DNA from: Promethearchaeati archaeon | GTDB taxonomy: Archaea > Asgardarchaeota > Heimdallarchaeia > Heimdallarchaeales > Heimdallarchaeaceae | Length of the DNA: 58,267 nucleotides | Direction: 5' to 3' | NCBI GenBank assembly: GCA_013166775.1 | Contig: JABLTJ010000021.1 | Coordinates: 1 to 58,267 of the forward strand | Shown here: positions 1 to 11,358 of the stretch, in pieces | Layout: each line of letters begins with the position of its first letter | How positions within the stretch are numbered: the stretch's first letter is position 1 | Made by a program: the position numbers and the translations under genes | The notes under the pieces: generated by a model | Told to the model about the DNA's origin: nothing | What the model saw: the letters and a program-made list of their open reading frames with translations, nothing else | Databases searched by the model: none

Positions 1-73
1 ACAGAAGAAAGAGAATAAAGGGCGACTTCTTTGCAGAAGCCGCGACAAGGCCTAAATTAGGCCCTGCGATGGA

Positions 74-92
74 GGAAGCTCTAGGAGCTTCC
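74..92 (-). other. Perfect 8-bp hairpin immediately 3' of the 16S rRNA (pre-rRNA trailer)
   Basis: GGAAGCTC-TAG-GAGCTTCC. Confidence 0.6.
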
Positions 93-98
93 AAACGT

Positions 99-1611
<1,513 letters not shown>

Positions 1612-1722
1612 CCTTTTTCGATTACGTGTACGATCTTCCAAAACTACTTATTGAATCAACTTTTCTTAGCGCAACATATACGTCTATAAAGTTTTTATAC
1701 ACAACTAAAATTTTGTCCTAAA

Positions 1723-1740
1723 ATTCTCTTAGTCTTCTGT
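1723..1740 (-). other. 5' arm of the 16S pre-rRNA processing stem (pairs with 1..16, cut by the window edge)
   Basis: ATTCTCTTAGTCTTCTGT is an inverted repeat of ACAGAAGAAAGAGAAT at 1-16, with a small bulge. Confidence 0.6.
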
Positions 1741-2075
1741 AGTTTCTCAAATTTCTCGGAGTTCTTGTTTTCCTCGGAGGTGATTGTTCATTTCAAACAG
1801 CATCTTTCTATTTTATCACGTGCTTTTTTAAGTTATCGTTCGAAGGCTTTTTGTAGACAGCCGAACCTAACCTAAAGCTGTTAGTATATCTTCTTTCTTA
1901 TCTTTTTATCAATTGTGATTTAAGAGTTTTTTGCCTCAATTTAGCCACAAAGTACACAGGGAATAAGATAAGAAGAAGGCACGAATGGGGAAACCCCATC
2001 CTGCCTAATGAAGACATGGCTTACATCCACCGATTTCTAACGAAATCACGTGGCAATATACTTAGATTGAGTTTG

Positions 2076-2090
2076 ATATATATACTTTGC
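2076..2090 (-). promoter_or_regulatory. Putative BRE/TATA promoter of the 16S precursor
   Basis: Minus strand GCAAAGTATATATAT, followed ~25-30 nt later by a GC-richer, hairpin-rich leader. Confidence 0.45.
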
Positions 2091-2241
2091 TCTTTTTCTC
2101 AAAGAAAACGTTTCTAGATTAATGTCGGGCGTTTAGATATCTGAAATAAGAAAATACACAACCTTCGAAAAGTCATCTTTTTTCTTTGTATGTTTAATTA
2201 GTTTTGTTTCATTAAATGGATAACAAAATCTAGAGTGATGC

Positions 2242-2313
2242 ATGATGAACATACGATATGATCCTGATGAAGGAGATGACGGAATACTCCCCCCATTCTG
2301 GTCTCCTGGATAA
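2242..2313 (+). CDS. 23-aa acidic/Pro-rich peptide MMNIRYDPDEGDDGILPPFWSPG (not in the ORF track)
   Basis: SD-like GAGTGA upstream, GC-richer than its flanks, T-rich tract downstream, directly upstream of the TPR-like gene. Confidence 0.5.
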   Translation: MMNIRYDPDEGDDGILPPFWSPG

Positions 2314-2392
2314 CTTACTCTCTTTTAATTTCATAATTTAAAAGAGATTTTTTTTCTCTCCTTTATAAACTAATTTACAGATAAATTAGTGG

Positions 2393-3970
2393 ATGATAGT
2401 GAGAATCAACATAATTCAAGAACTAAATTTAGTTTCTACACCTGATGAATTTCGTCATTTTATAAGTCAATTACGTGTTATTTGCTCTAATGAAAAATCA
2501 ATCAATATTGAAAACTTAATAGATCAAGCAATAGCAAAAAATAAAATTTATGGAAACAACAAAACTCTAATCGATTTATTCGATTTGAAAATCAGACAAA
2601 TATATCATTTCAAAGATAGAATACATGAAGCACTTGAAATACTTTCAAAAATGCGTAGTTTATCTAAAATATCAGATTACAGTACAGGATTAGCACTATC
2701 AGAACAGCTTTCTTGGCATGTTGAAAAACTATTAGGTAATAAGGCTAGAAGTTTCGAAAGTATAAAGAATGCGATGAAAATAACTGAATCGTCAGATGTT
2801 GATGAATATGCAAAAAATTTCTGCAGATATTCATACGCAGTGGAAAACTGGTTGAGATATAGAGATTATGAATGTGCAAACATGCTAGAAGAGAGTGCTG
2901 ATTTTTTTTATTCTGAAGGATTTTTCCATGGATTAGTTGGAACATTGGGGATTCTGACTATTATTTATCAACAAACTCAAAATAAACAACAATCAATGAA
3001 GTTGACAAAGAAGATTTTACGTAAGGATAATCTTTTTCGTAAATTACCAAAGGAGCTACAATCTACTATTTGCTTTTTTATTGGTTTCAGTAACGAGTTA
3101 TCTTTAAATCTTAGAGAAGCAGAAATGTATCTTCTAAAATCACAAATCATTCTAAAACCCATCTACGGAAAAAGCATTTACTCCGGGTACTATTTAACAA
3201 CTCTATCATATCTAACTGCAACTTATGCTCTTCAAGGTAAACTAGAATTAGCTCTCAAACAAATGAAAGAGGTTGAAGAATTGGTAATAGAAGGAATAGC
3301 TACAAAAAACCTTGATTCTTTTGGTATAGAGCAAACATTACACATTTTCAATCTATCCAAATTCTATATTAATTCCAGATTATCAAATTTTACTATTGAA
3401 ATTGAACAAGAGCTTGTACAATCTATCCTTGACAATCTTGACAAATATTATAGCAACCCAATAATGTTTAGTGAATTTCTTCTGAATGCAAATCTAACTA
3501 AAGAACAATTAATAAAAATCAAAAATCTAAAAAATCCAAGTACCAGAAGAGTAGAACATATCATTAATTTCCTAGTTGAGAAAACAGTTCATACTGAAGA
3601 GCAACAGATTCTTCGATATACAACTATATTGCAGAAGAGATTAATGGTTGAAAGAATGACATATATTGAGAAAGCTTTTGCAGATTTATTAGCTGCACAA
3701 GAATATTATAAGATTGGTCGTTTCTCAGAAATCTACCCCCTTCTAAAGAAACATAAGAATCAACTTGACCGAATTGAAGTTTTAGAGATGAGAATCTTCA
3801 TGGAAGCTTTTATTCAGGCTGGTGAATTCAATAATGGTGACCCTCTTGCTCCAGCTTTACATTTTATGGCTATTAAACGCTGCAGAGAACACAATTTTAC
3901 CAGATTAGAGGAAACATTGCTTGATCATCAACAAACTCTTCGTAGAATTGCCCTAAATCGGTTGGTTTGA
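2393..3970 (+). CDS. Alpha-helical repeat (TPR-like) protein, 525 aa
   Basis: Repeated amphipathic helices with TPR-like patterns (e.g. YLTATYALQGKLELALKQMKEV, IGFSNELSLNLREAEMYLLKS). Confidence 0.75.
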   Translation: MIVRINIIQELNLVSTPDEFRHFISQLRVICSNEKSINIENLIDQAIAKNKIYGNNKTLIDLFDLKIRQIYHFKDRIHEALEILSKMRSLSKISDYSTGLALSEQLSWHVEKLLGNKARSFESIKNAMKITESSDVDEYAKNFCRYSYAVENWLRYRDYECANMLEESADFFYSEGFFHGLVGTLGILTIIYQQTQNKQQSMKLTKKILRKDNLFRKLPKELQSTICFFIGFSNELSLNLREAEMYLLKSQIILKPIYGKSIYSGYYLTTLSYLTATYALQGKLELALKQMKEVEELVIEGIATKNLDSFGIEQTLHIFNLSKFYINSRLSNFTIEIEQELVQSILDNLDKYYSNPIMFSEFLLNANLTKEQLIKIKNLKNPSTRRVEHIINFLVEKTVHTEEQQILRYTTILQKRLMVERMTYIEKAFADLLAAQEYYKIGRFSEIYPLLKKHKNQLDRIEVLEMRIFMEAFIQAGEFNNGDPLAPALHFMAIKRCREHNFTRLEETLLDHQQTLRRIALNRLV

Positions 3971-4052
3971 AAATATGTAGGATTTTTTCTTTTTACATTG
4001 AGACTTTGGAAAGATATTAATTTGTTAATTTCTATATGAAGATGATTAACTT

Positions 4053-4202
4053 ATGAGCGATGAAAATACTAAACCTTGTCCTCACTGTGGTTCTATCATG
4101 ATCAAGAGAAACGATTATCTTCCTGATGATTTTGATCTTACAGAAGTCAAAGAACATTGGCTTTGTAGTGCTTGTATGTCTTATGAGTTGATTGATGGTT
4201 AA
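4053..4202 (+). CDS. 49-aa zinc-ribbon microprotein (CPHCG...CSAC), not in the ORF track
   Basis: MSDENTKPCPHCGSIMIKRNDYLPDDFDLTEVKEHWLCSACMSYELIDG; its stop overlaps the convergent cdd stop. Confidence 0.8.
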   Translation: MSDENTKPCPHCGSIMIKRNDYLPDDFDLTEVKEHWLCSACMSYELIDG

Positions 4203-4627
4203 TTTTTCTTCTTTTCTATTTTTATTTCTCCTACAGGTAGAAGTTCACTTAACATCATCTTGATTTGTTCGTTTTTTTTATTAACAGCTATTACTTCTAT
4301 ATCATGTTCATACAACAAGGAGAACTCGTTTAGTTTTTGTCTACATGATCCACATGGCAAAACTGGTGGTGAACTATATGAGTAAACAATTACAACTTGT
4401 ATATCTTTCTCACCATTGTTTACTGCTGTTCCTATTGCATTCATCTCTGCATGTAGAGCTAAATAATCCGAAAACTCAACATTACATCCTGTATATATCT
4501 TACCACTCTTCATTAATAGTGCGGCACCAACCTTGAACTCACTGTATGGTGCATAAGCTTTTTTACTACTTTCTTTTGCCTTATTGATTAGCTCTTGCAA
4601 TACCTTTTCTTTGCTCATCAAAATCAT
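4199..4627 (-). CDS. cdd: Cytidine deaminase
   Basis: AYAPYSEFKVGAA, GCNVE, HAE and PCGSC zinc motifs. Confidence 0.93.
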   Translation of the reverse strand: MILMSKEKVLQELINKAKESSKKAYAPYSEFKVGAALLMKSGKIYTGCNVEFSDYLALHAEMNAIGTAVNNGEKDIQVVIVYSYSSPPVLPCGSCRQKLNEFSLLYEHDIEVIAVNKKNEQIKMMLSELLPVGEIKIEKKKN

Positions 4628-4933
4628 TTGACTAGAGTCTTGTTTTCCTAAAAGCTTTTCCTAAAACATACATCAAAAATTTGCGGTAAAAGAATCACAA
4701 AACAATACCTTTTTATCTAAGATTTTAATCGTCCATAATGCGAATGTCGAATTAGATATTTGCATCTCTGTTGTACTTTACCCTAACCGGTAAGGAAACG
4801 TAGCTGAACATTAATGCTACAGTATTATGTTCAAAAACATAACAATTATAAATCAAAGAGGTAAATCCTCTTCTTGCGCAGTAATGTGCGAGTTTTATCT
4901 CCTCCAGGATTCCTAATCCACTGAATCGCATTC

Positions 4934-4978
4934 AGTTAGCTGACAAGAACTCTCCAAGAAGGCGAAAACTGATTTCTA
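4934..4978 (+). other. 5' arm of the 23S pre-rRNA processing stem with a BHB-like motif (pairs with 8371..8416)
   Basis: AGTTAGCTGACAAGAACTCTCCAAGAA-GGCG-AAA-ACTGATTTCTA is a near-perfect inverted repeat of TAGAAATCGGT-T-CGTC-AGA-TTCTTGGAGAGTTCTTGACAGCTAACT. Confidence 0.85.
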
Positions 4979-4984
4979 GAGTAA

Positions 4985-7900
4985 CCTACACTATGCATAC
5001 GCCATGTAGTGGATGACTTGGCTAGGGAGCCGATGAAGGGCGCGGTAAGCGGCGAAACGCTATGGGGAGACGCAGACAGTCTACGATCCATAGATTCCCG
5101 AATCGGATTTCCGGTTATGGCTTAATAAGCTGTAACAGCCAGAAATGGCGGGGAACGCAGGGAACCAAAACATTCAAGTACCTGCAGGAAAAGAAAGCAA
5201 TTGCGATTCCGGTAGTAACGGCGAGTAAAACCGGAAGAGATCAAACCGAATTCCCTTTTCGAAAGATTAGGGCAGATGTGGTGTTTTTGACTACAATATA
5301 GACCGTCAGTGTGAAGTCGAAAATCCCTGGAAAGGGATGCCGTAGAGGGTAATAGCCCCGTAGACGTAAGCACCCGGCTTAGTAGTATCAAGACTAGTGT
5401 GGCTTGGATGTGTCGCACAAAGTCGGGAGAACTAACTCCCAAATCTAAATACTCCCCTAGACCGATAGTGCACTAGTAACGTGAGTGAAAGTTGAAAAGT
5501 ATTCGAAGTCCGAGAGTGAAAAGTGCCTGAAACTACATGGTAACAGACGTGGATGGCTTGAAAGGGTAGAGTCTCGACGAAGGAACCCATCGCAAGGTGG
5601 TAGTACGAGTCGAGAGGACCAGAGTCATCCGTTCCGTCTCGAAACACGGGCCGAGGAGTTCAGGTTTGTGGCAAGCTTAAGCGAAAGCGGTAGCGTAGCG
5701 AAAGCAACCGGCGCGCAGCTTCGGCAAGGCGCGACGTCCGATAAGGGCGTGAAGTCACAGGTCTGAGACCCGAAAGCAGTTGATCTATCCCTGGCCAAGA
5801 TGAAGCGCTTCGAAAGGAGCGTGGAGGTCTGAAGGGGTATTGATATGCAATTCATTCCCATGAGTTGGGGATAGTGGCAAAAGACCAATCTAAACTGCTG
5901 ATAGCTGGTTCCCTCCGAAGTATCACCACAGGATAGCGCTGCTGGAGGTTGCATGTGAGGTAGAGCTACGGACGGAAGGTCCTGGGGAGTGAAATCCTCA
6001 CCCTTCCTTCCAACTCCGAACTTGCATGCGCCGTAGAAGGCGGCAGACGGGCGTGTATCCGCAAGGGATATGGCCGAAAGGGGAACAACCCTACAATGGG
6101 TTAAGGGCCCTAAATCCCGGTTAAATGTTAAACTGAATGGCGTCCAACGACTAAGACAATGAGGCGGTAAGCTTAGAGGCAGCTATCCGTTAAAAAAAGC
6201 GTAACAGCTTACTCATCGAGTTGTTGGGCCCAGAAAATGGACGGGGCTAAACCGGGTCCCGATACCCATTTGGACTCTAAAAGAGTCTCAGGTAGGAGGG
6301 CGATCGGGTTGGGCAGAAGCTGGGGAGTGATTCCCAGTGGACCGACCTGATTTGCAGATCTCGGTGGTAGTAGGAGCATAGTGAGGTGAGAATCCTCATC
6401 GCCGAAAGCCCAAGGGTTCCTTGGCACTGTTCGTCAGCCAAGGGTTAGTCGGTCCTAAGGTCGGCCTTAACACGAGCCGATCGAAAGGGAAACAGGTTCA
6501 TATTCCTGTACCACGCATATAGGTGTGGCAACACAAGCTTTGAGCTAACGCTGGTGGGTAGGTGGCCTAGGAGAATATCCTAGTTAAATGTAGAATTCTG
6601 GGGAGAACCGTTAAGGTGAGAACCAGACGAATGTATGAAGAGGCTGGCCATAGGTTGCTGGCTGCCATCAATCCCAACAGCCCGTGAAAAGGCAAAAAGA
6701 ACGATTATGCGTGTCCGTACCCAGAACCGACACAGGTGTGGCTAGCTTAGAAGGCTAAGGCGTGTTAGGGGAGCTCGGGTGAAGGAAATCGGCAAATTAG
6801 TCCCGTACCTTGGGTATAAGGGATGCCTGGAGAGGTGCAAGCCTCACCAGGTCGCAGTGACTAGGGGCACCCGACTGTTTAATAAAAACATAGCAAACTG
6901 CAAGGGCGAAAGCCTGAGTACAGTTTGTGAATCCTGGCCGGTGCCGGTGCTTGAAACCTGGGTTCAACCAGGCTAAGACCCGGTAAACGCCGGAGCTAAC
7001 TATGAGCTTCTTAAGGTAGGCAAATGCCTTGTCTGCTAATTACAGACGTCCATGAAGGGACCAACGAGGTGCCCACTGTCTCCACCCGAAGCCTACTGAA
7101 CCCACAGTCCAGCGAACAGTCTGGAACGCACCATCGGGAAGAGAAGACCCTGTGGAGCTTTACTGCTGTCAGGGGCTGTTGTATTGGTGTGCATGCATAG
7201 CATAGTCAGGAGATGCTGATCCTACATTCTCCGGGATGTAGGGGAGTCGAACTTGAAATACTGACCTTGTGCATTGGTACGACTTACCTCTTGCGAGGGG
7301 GACACCCCCTGCCTGGCAGTTTCACTGGGGCGGTAGCCTCTTGAAAAGATATCAAGAGGGCCCAATGCCGAGCTCAACCGGGACAGAAATCCGGTGTAGA
7401 GTGCAAGGGCAAAAGCTCGGTTGACTGTGAACTTAACAATATGGTTCGCAGATGTTAACGCAGGGCCTAGCGATCCTCCGTATTGTCCTTAGTAGACGAC
7501 GGAGGTGGCAGAAAAGTTACCCCAGGGGTAACTGCGCTTCGAAATAATCACGTAGAAGTGCTCTCAACTGGGTAACGCTTATATCTAATTTCCATCTTTT
7601 CAAAAAGGCAGAGTTGAAATAGCTCCTGTCTTCAAATTTCCGTTTGTGAGGAATTCAAGTTTTCGCCATATTGGCCAATAATAGACTTGAGCAGAAAGGA
7701 TCCTATATCTGTCTGAAATCCAACCATTATTAATTAATGGAAAATCCCGAATGAACATGATGGAGAGCCAATAAGCGTGAGGAAACCGATAGATCGAAGG
7801 ATTGGTAACTTGCCTGATTAACAGGTTGACAACTGATCCATAAGATCGATGTGCCTTCAGGCACAAGCGCAGCCCTGAACAGAGTTGTCGTGGGTAAGAG

Positions 7901-8365
7901 TTCACATCGACCTCACGGCTTGCTACCTCGATGTCGGCTCTTCCTAGCTTGGTGGTGATTCAGCCGCCAAGAGTGGGGTTGTTCGCCCATTAAAAGGGAA
8001 CGTGAGCTGGGTTTAGACCGTTGTGAGACAGGTCGGATTCTATCTGATGGTGCTGACGGGTGATTGAGAGTAAAGTCTCCACAGTACGAGAGGAACAGGC
8101 GGCTGGGGCCTCTGGTGTACCGGTTGTCCTTCCGGGCATTGCCGGGTAGCTAAGCCCTCGACGATAAGAGCGGAATGCATCTACGCTCGAAGCGTCTCTC
8201 GAAACGAGTCACCCATTCTGCAGCGATATAAGGGGACTGGCGACAGTAACCTTTGTTGTAGACGAGGGCGCGGAAAGAAGATCCGTTTGATAGAGTGGGG
8301 GTGTACGCGTCGAGCTTCGGCGAGATGTTTAGCCCACCACCACTAACTGCTCAAGCGTAGTTAGG
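4985..8365 (+). rRNA. rrl: 23S rRNA (archaeal), containing a 348-nt intron
   Basis: Conserved motifs GACCGATAGTG, GATAGCTGGTT, CTTAAGGTAG, CCTCGATGTCGGCT and sarcin-ricin AGTACGAGAGGAAC; helix 1 CCTACACTATGC/GCGTAGTTAGG. Ends are approximate. Confidence 0.98.
7531..7878 (+). other. 348-nt BHB-type intron in the 23S peptidyl-transferase loop (E. coli 2450/2451)
   Basis: GGGG-UA^A-CUGCGCUU ... AAGCGCAG-CCCU-GA^A. Removal gives CCAGGGGUAACAGAG. Confidence 0.85.
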
Positions 8366-8415
8366 CCAAATAGAAATCGGTTCGTCAGATTCTTGGAGAG
8401 TTCTTGACAGCTAAC

Positions 8416-8424
8416 TTTTTTTTT
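8416..8424 (+). terminator. T-run terminator of the 23S transcript
   Basis: T9 immediately after the 3' processing-stem arm. Confidence 0.55.
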
Positions 8425-8520
8425 GGATTTTTTCCTTAATTTTGCTGTGCTTTTATACTGTGAAGCAGTTAATTTTCTGAGTGATTTTCCATTTTGTTCA
8501 CTCTTTAAGAGGCAGTCTCA

Positions 8521-11358
8521 ATGAGTAAAAAGAAAAGATATACAGGGAGTTATAAAAAAACTAATACTTCTACTAAACCGATTGTTAGAGTATTGAAGAA
8601 AATTACTCCCTATTTCTTTACAGCTTTAGTGGGTTTTATTTCTTTTTTATTTATATTTCCTGAAGTAACAAGCTTTATTCCTGTTGGCTTTTTTGCTTCA
8701 ATATCCTCTTTTAGTGAATCACTTGCCTTAAATCTAAAAGATACTTTGAGATTTTTATTTTATAACAAATATTTCTTAATTTTAGTTCTAGTTTTGATTC
8801 TATTATCACTTATAATCAAATTCTTACCATATTACCCCATATCAGATGATCAATTCTTTACACTCAAAAAATTATTATTACCTTTTTACCGAAAAATAAG
8901 TATTCTTGTAGTTTCATCATCAGTAACAACCACTTCTAATTCCTTTCCATTTAGTACACAAGAAAGCAAAATTCATCAATCCTTTATCAATTGCCTGTTT
9001 TTAAAATCAAGAAAACAACACATTGCACTCTACAAAAGTGGAGAAAATGTAATAATATTTTTTCCAGTCATGGCAAAAGGTTGGAAAAATAGCAAAGTGG
9101 AAAATCAGCTAAAAAAAGAAATCATCTTTGTTAGCAATTCAATTGATACTCACTATAAATGTAAGGTTAGAAATTTAACTAATGAGCAAGTTGCTATACT
9201 AATTGTCAATCTAGATAAAATGAAGATAAGAAATAAAATTGATCTTTCTTCCAAGAATATCGAGAACATACATTTGATTGATCAGATGTATAATATTCTA
9301 CAAAACGAACGGTTAAGTAATATTTGTTTAATCTTTAAAGCACACAATCTAAAGAAGAAAGAAGATAGTTTCTTCATAGACTTGTTGGTTCTAGCTGATG
9401 CGAAGATAGTTGAAGCTTTTGTTTCAGATGCTAGTGGGTTAGATATAAAGAGTGCTACAATGAGAGTAAGAAAACAGGATTTTTCAAAACTTGTTTTTTC
9501 CAACAAACGAAATCAACATTTAATAGCTTTAGAAAAATTATCTTCTTTTATGCATATTCCATATAATTACAAAGGTGGATTCTTGCCCTTAAAAGCAAGA
9601 GAAATGCAGGGAAATTCTGTTGATTTACTTAGTAATAGGGAAATGATTCTGATTGGTAAAGATGTTAATAATGAGAATTTAAATCAAGATATTACCATTA
9701 ATATCAAAGACATATTGTTAAATGTGGAAATATATGGAATGATAGGAAGGGGAAAAACTAAACTGGTTTCATCAATCCTTGGTCAACTTTTAGATAATAA
9801 TGTTAATTCTATCGTTTTTGATATTAAAGGAGAATATGCTAGAACATTTGTTGATGATTCAAGAGTAGAGATTTTTACAATCGGTCGTCCAAGACCTTTG
9901 TGTATCAATATATTTGAAACATTAGATGAAGATGATGTTCGAAATACTTTGTTAATTATAGAGGAAATGATGGTTTCTTCAAATCAAGATTTTTCACCAG
10001 CAATGAAGAATCTCTTCGAAAATGCACTATTTCTGACTCATAGATCGCAGAAACGCAATTTGAAGTCTTTTGTTGAAAATGTATTTAAAGCATCAAAAAA
10101 TTTACAATCTTATTCTAACGTTTCATATATTCAGCAAACCATTGATGCTGTTTTAAATAGACTTAATTTTATTTTTAACCCAATTAATTTTGAAATACTT
10201 GGTACTTCAAGAACCACCCTTGATTTATCATTACTTGATAGAGGAAAAAGTATCATTTTGGATTTAAGTCAATTTCAAAAGAGAGCTGCTAGACCATCAG
10301 ATATCTTCCTGATATGTAATTTAATATTGAAAATGCTTTATAGACACGCTTCAGCAAAAGAGATGACAAATAAACTTAGATATGCTGTCATTCTAGAAGA
10401 AGCAATAAACATTATTCCCAACTTTTATCGCTCTGAAAGTTCAGCATCACTTATTACCGCAGAAAATAACTTTCTGTTAGGAAGAAGCTTAGGTATCGGT
10501 CATATTACAATCTCACAATTGTGGGATAGTGTTAGTAACGTTGTACATGGAAATTCAGCAACAAAGATAGTTTTTCGTTCAAGTGAAAAAACTGAGCAAA
10601 TAGGAAAAGCTTTGAATCTTGAAGAAGATGAAACCTCCAAAATTCAAAGACTCCCAACACAACACTGTTTTCTTTTCTCCGAAGATGCAGAACTTGCCAT
10701 TCAGATTCGAACAATAGATTTAGTAAATGATCCAATAAGCTATTCAGAGTATCAAGCTAAGATGATAAAAGAACACGGTAGAAGTATCTTTCCGTTATTG
10801 TACAATAATTTCATAGATATGAGAACTGCATTATATCAGAGAAGTAACAAGCAAACATTAGGAAAATCAGCTAAGGATCCTAACACCAGAAATATCACAC
10901 CAATTCATAATAAATTGGAACATTTTATCCCAGAGGAGAAAAAGGTTGATTCAGAACAAAAAAACAGTGCTATTAATTCAGTGGATCAAGAAGTCTTAGA
11001 TATTAATACTTCCATAGATCTGATACCAGAAAACCTAATATGTGAGAGACTATGCCCTGAAAAAACAGACAACAGAGAGTGTTTGAAATATAAAATTGGA
11101 GCAAATATAGTAAAATCAACAATTTCGAATCAAAATTCTCATCAAGAGATTAGTTTCCTATTAAATAATGAAGATAAGCTGTCTTCTGAAGTCAAGGAAA
11201 TTGCAGAAAAACGCAATATGGAATTTAGCTCTTTTTTAGTTTTTTGTGTTGCAAGAAGTTTAGTAATGAATTTATCTTCTGAAAATCTTATAACTCCTGA
11301 GGAAGCATATAATTTTCTTAAGGAATTTATTCCAAAGAATCAAATTTCATTAAGTTGA
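8521..11358 (+). CDS. Membrane-anchored HerA/FtsK/VirB4-like ATPase (DUF87-type), 945 aa
   Basis: Two N-terminal TM segments; Walker A GMIGRGKT; IVFDIKGEY; Walker B VILEEA; GRSLGIGHITISQ. Confidence 0.8.
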   Translation: MSKKKRYTGSYKKTNTSTKPIVRVLKKITPYFFTALVGFISFLFIFPEVTSFIPVGFFASISSFSESLALNLKDTLRFLFYNKYFLILVLVLILLSLIIKFLPYYPISDDQFFTLKKLLLPFYRKISILVVSSSVTTTSNSFPFSTQESKIHQSFINCLFLKSRKQHIALYKSGENVIIFFPVMAKGWKNSKVENQLKKEIIFVSNSIDTHYKCKVRNLTNEQVAILIVNLDKMKIRNKIDLSSKNIENIHLIDQMYNILQNERLSNICLIFKAHNLKKKEDSFFIDLLVLADAKIVEAFVSDASGLDIKSATMRVRKQDFSKLVFSNKRNQHLIALEKLSSFMHIPYNYKGGFLPLKAREMQGNSVDLLSNREMILIGKDVNNENLNQDITINIKDILLNVEIYGMIGRGKTKLVSSILGQLLDNNVNSIVFDIKGEYARTFVDDSRVEIFTIGRPRPLCINIFETLDEDDVRNTLLIIEEMMVSSNQDFSPAMKNLFENALFLTHRSQKRNLKSFVENVFKASKNLQSYSNVSYIQQTIDAVLNRLNFIFNPINFEILGTSRTTLDLSLLDRGKSIILDLSQFQKRAARPSDIFLICNLILKMLYRHASAKEMTNKLRYAVILEEAINIIPNFYRSESSASLITAENNFLLGRSLGIGHITISQLWDSVSNVVHGNSATKIVFRSSEKTEQIGKALNLEEDETSKIQRLPTQHCFLFSEDAELAIQIRTIDLVNDPISYSEYQAKMIKEHGRSIFPLLYNNFIDMRTALYQRSNKQTLGKSAKDPNTRNITPIHNKLEHFIPEEKKVDSEQKNSAINSVDQEVLDINTSIDLIPENLICERLCPEKTDNRECLKYKIGANIVKSTISNQNSHQEISFLLNNEDKLSSEVKEIAEKRNMEFSSFLVFCVARSLVMNLSSENLITPEEAYNFLKEFIPKNQISLS

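Noticed and set aside
7530-7877. Group I intron at L2449 (exon ends in U, insert ends in G)
   Set aside because: The junction is compatible and gives the same spliced product, but I could not find convincing P7/R-S core elements. The insert ends form an 8-bp helix with BHB geometry. Not fully excluded without a covariance search.
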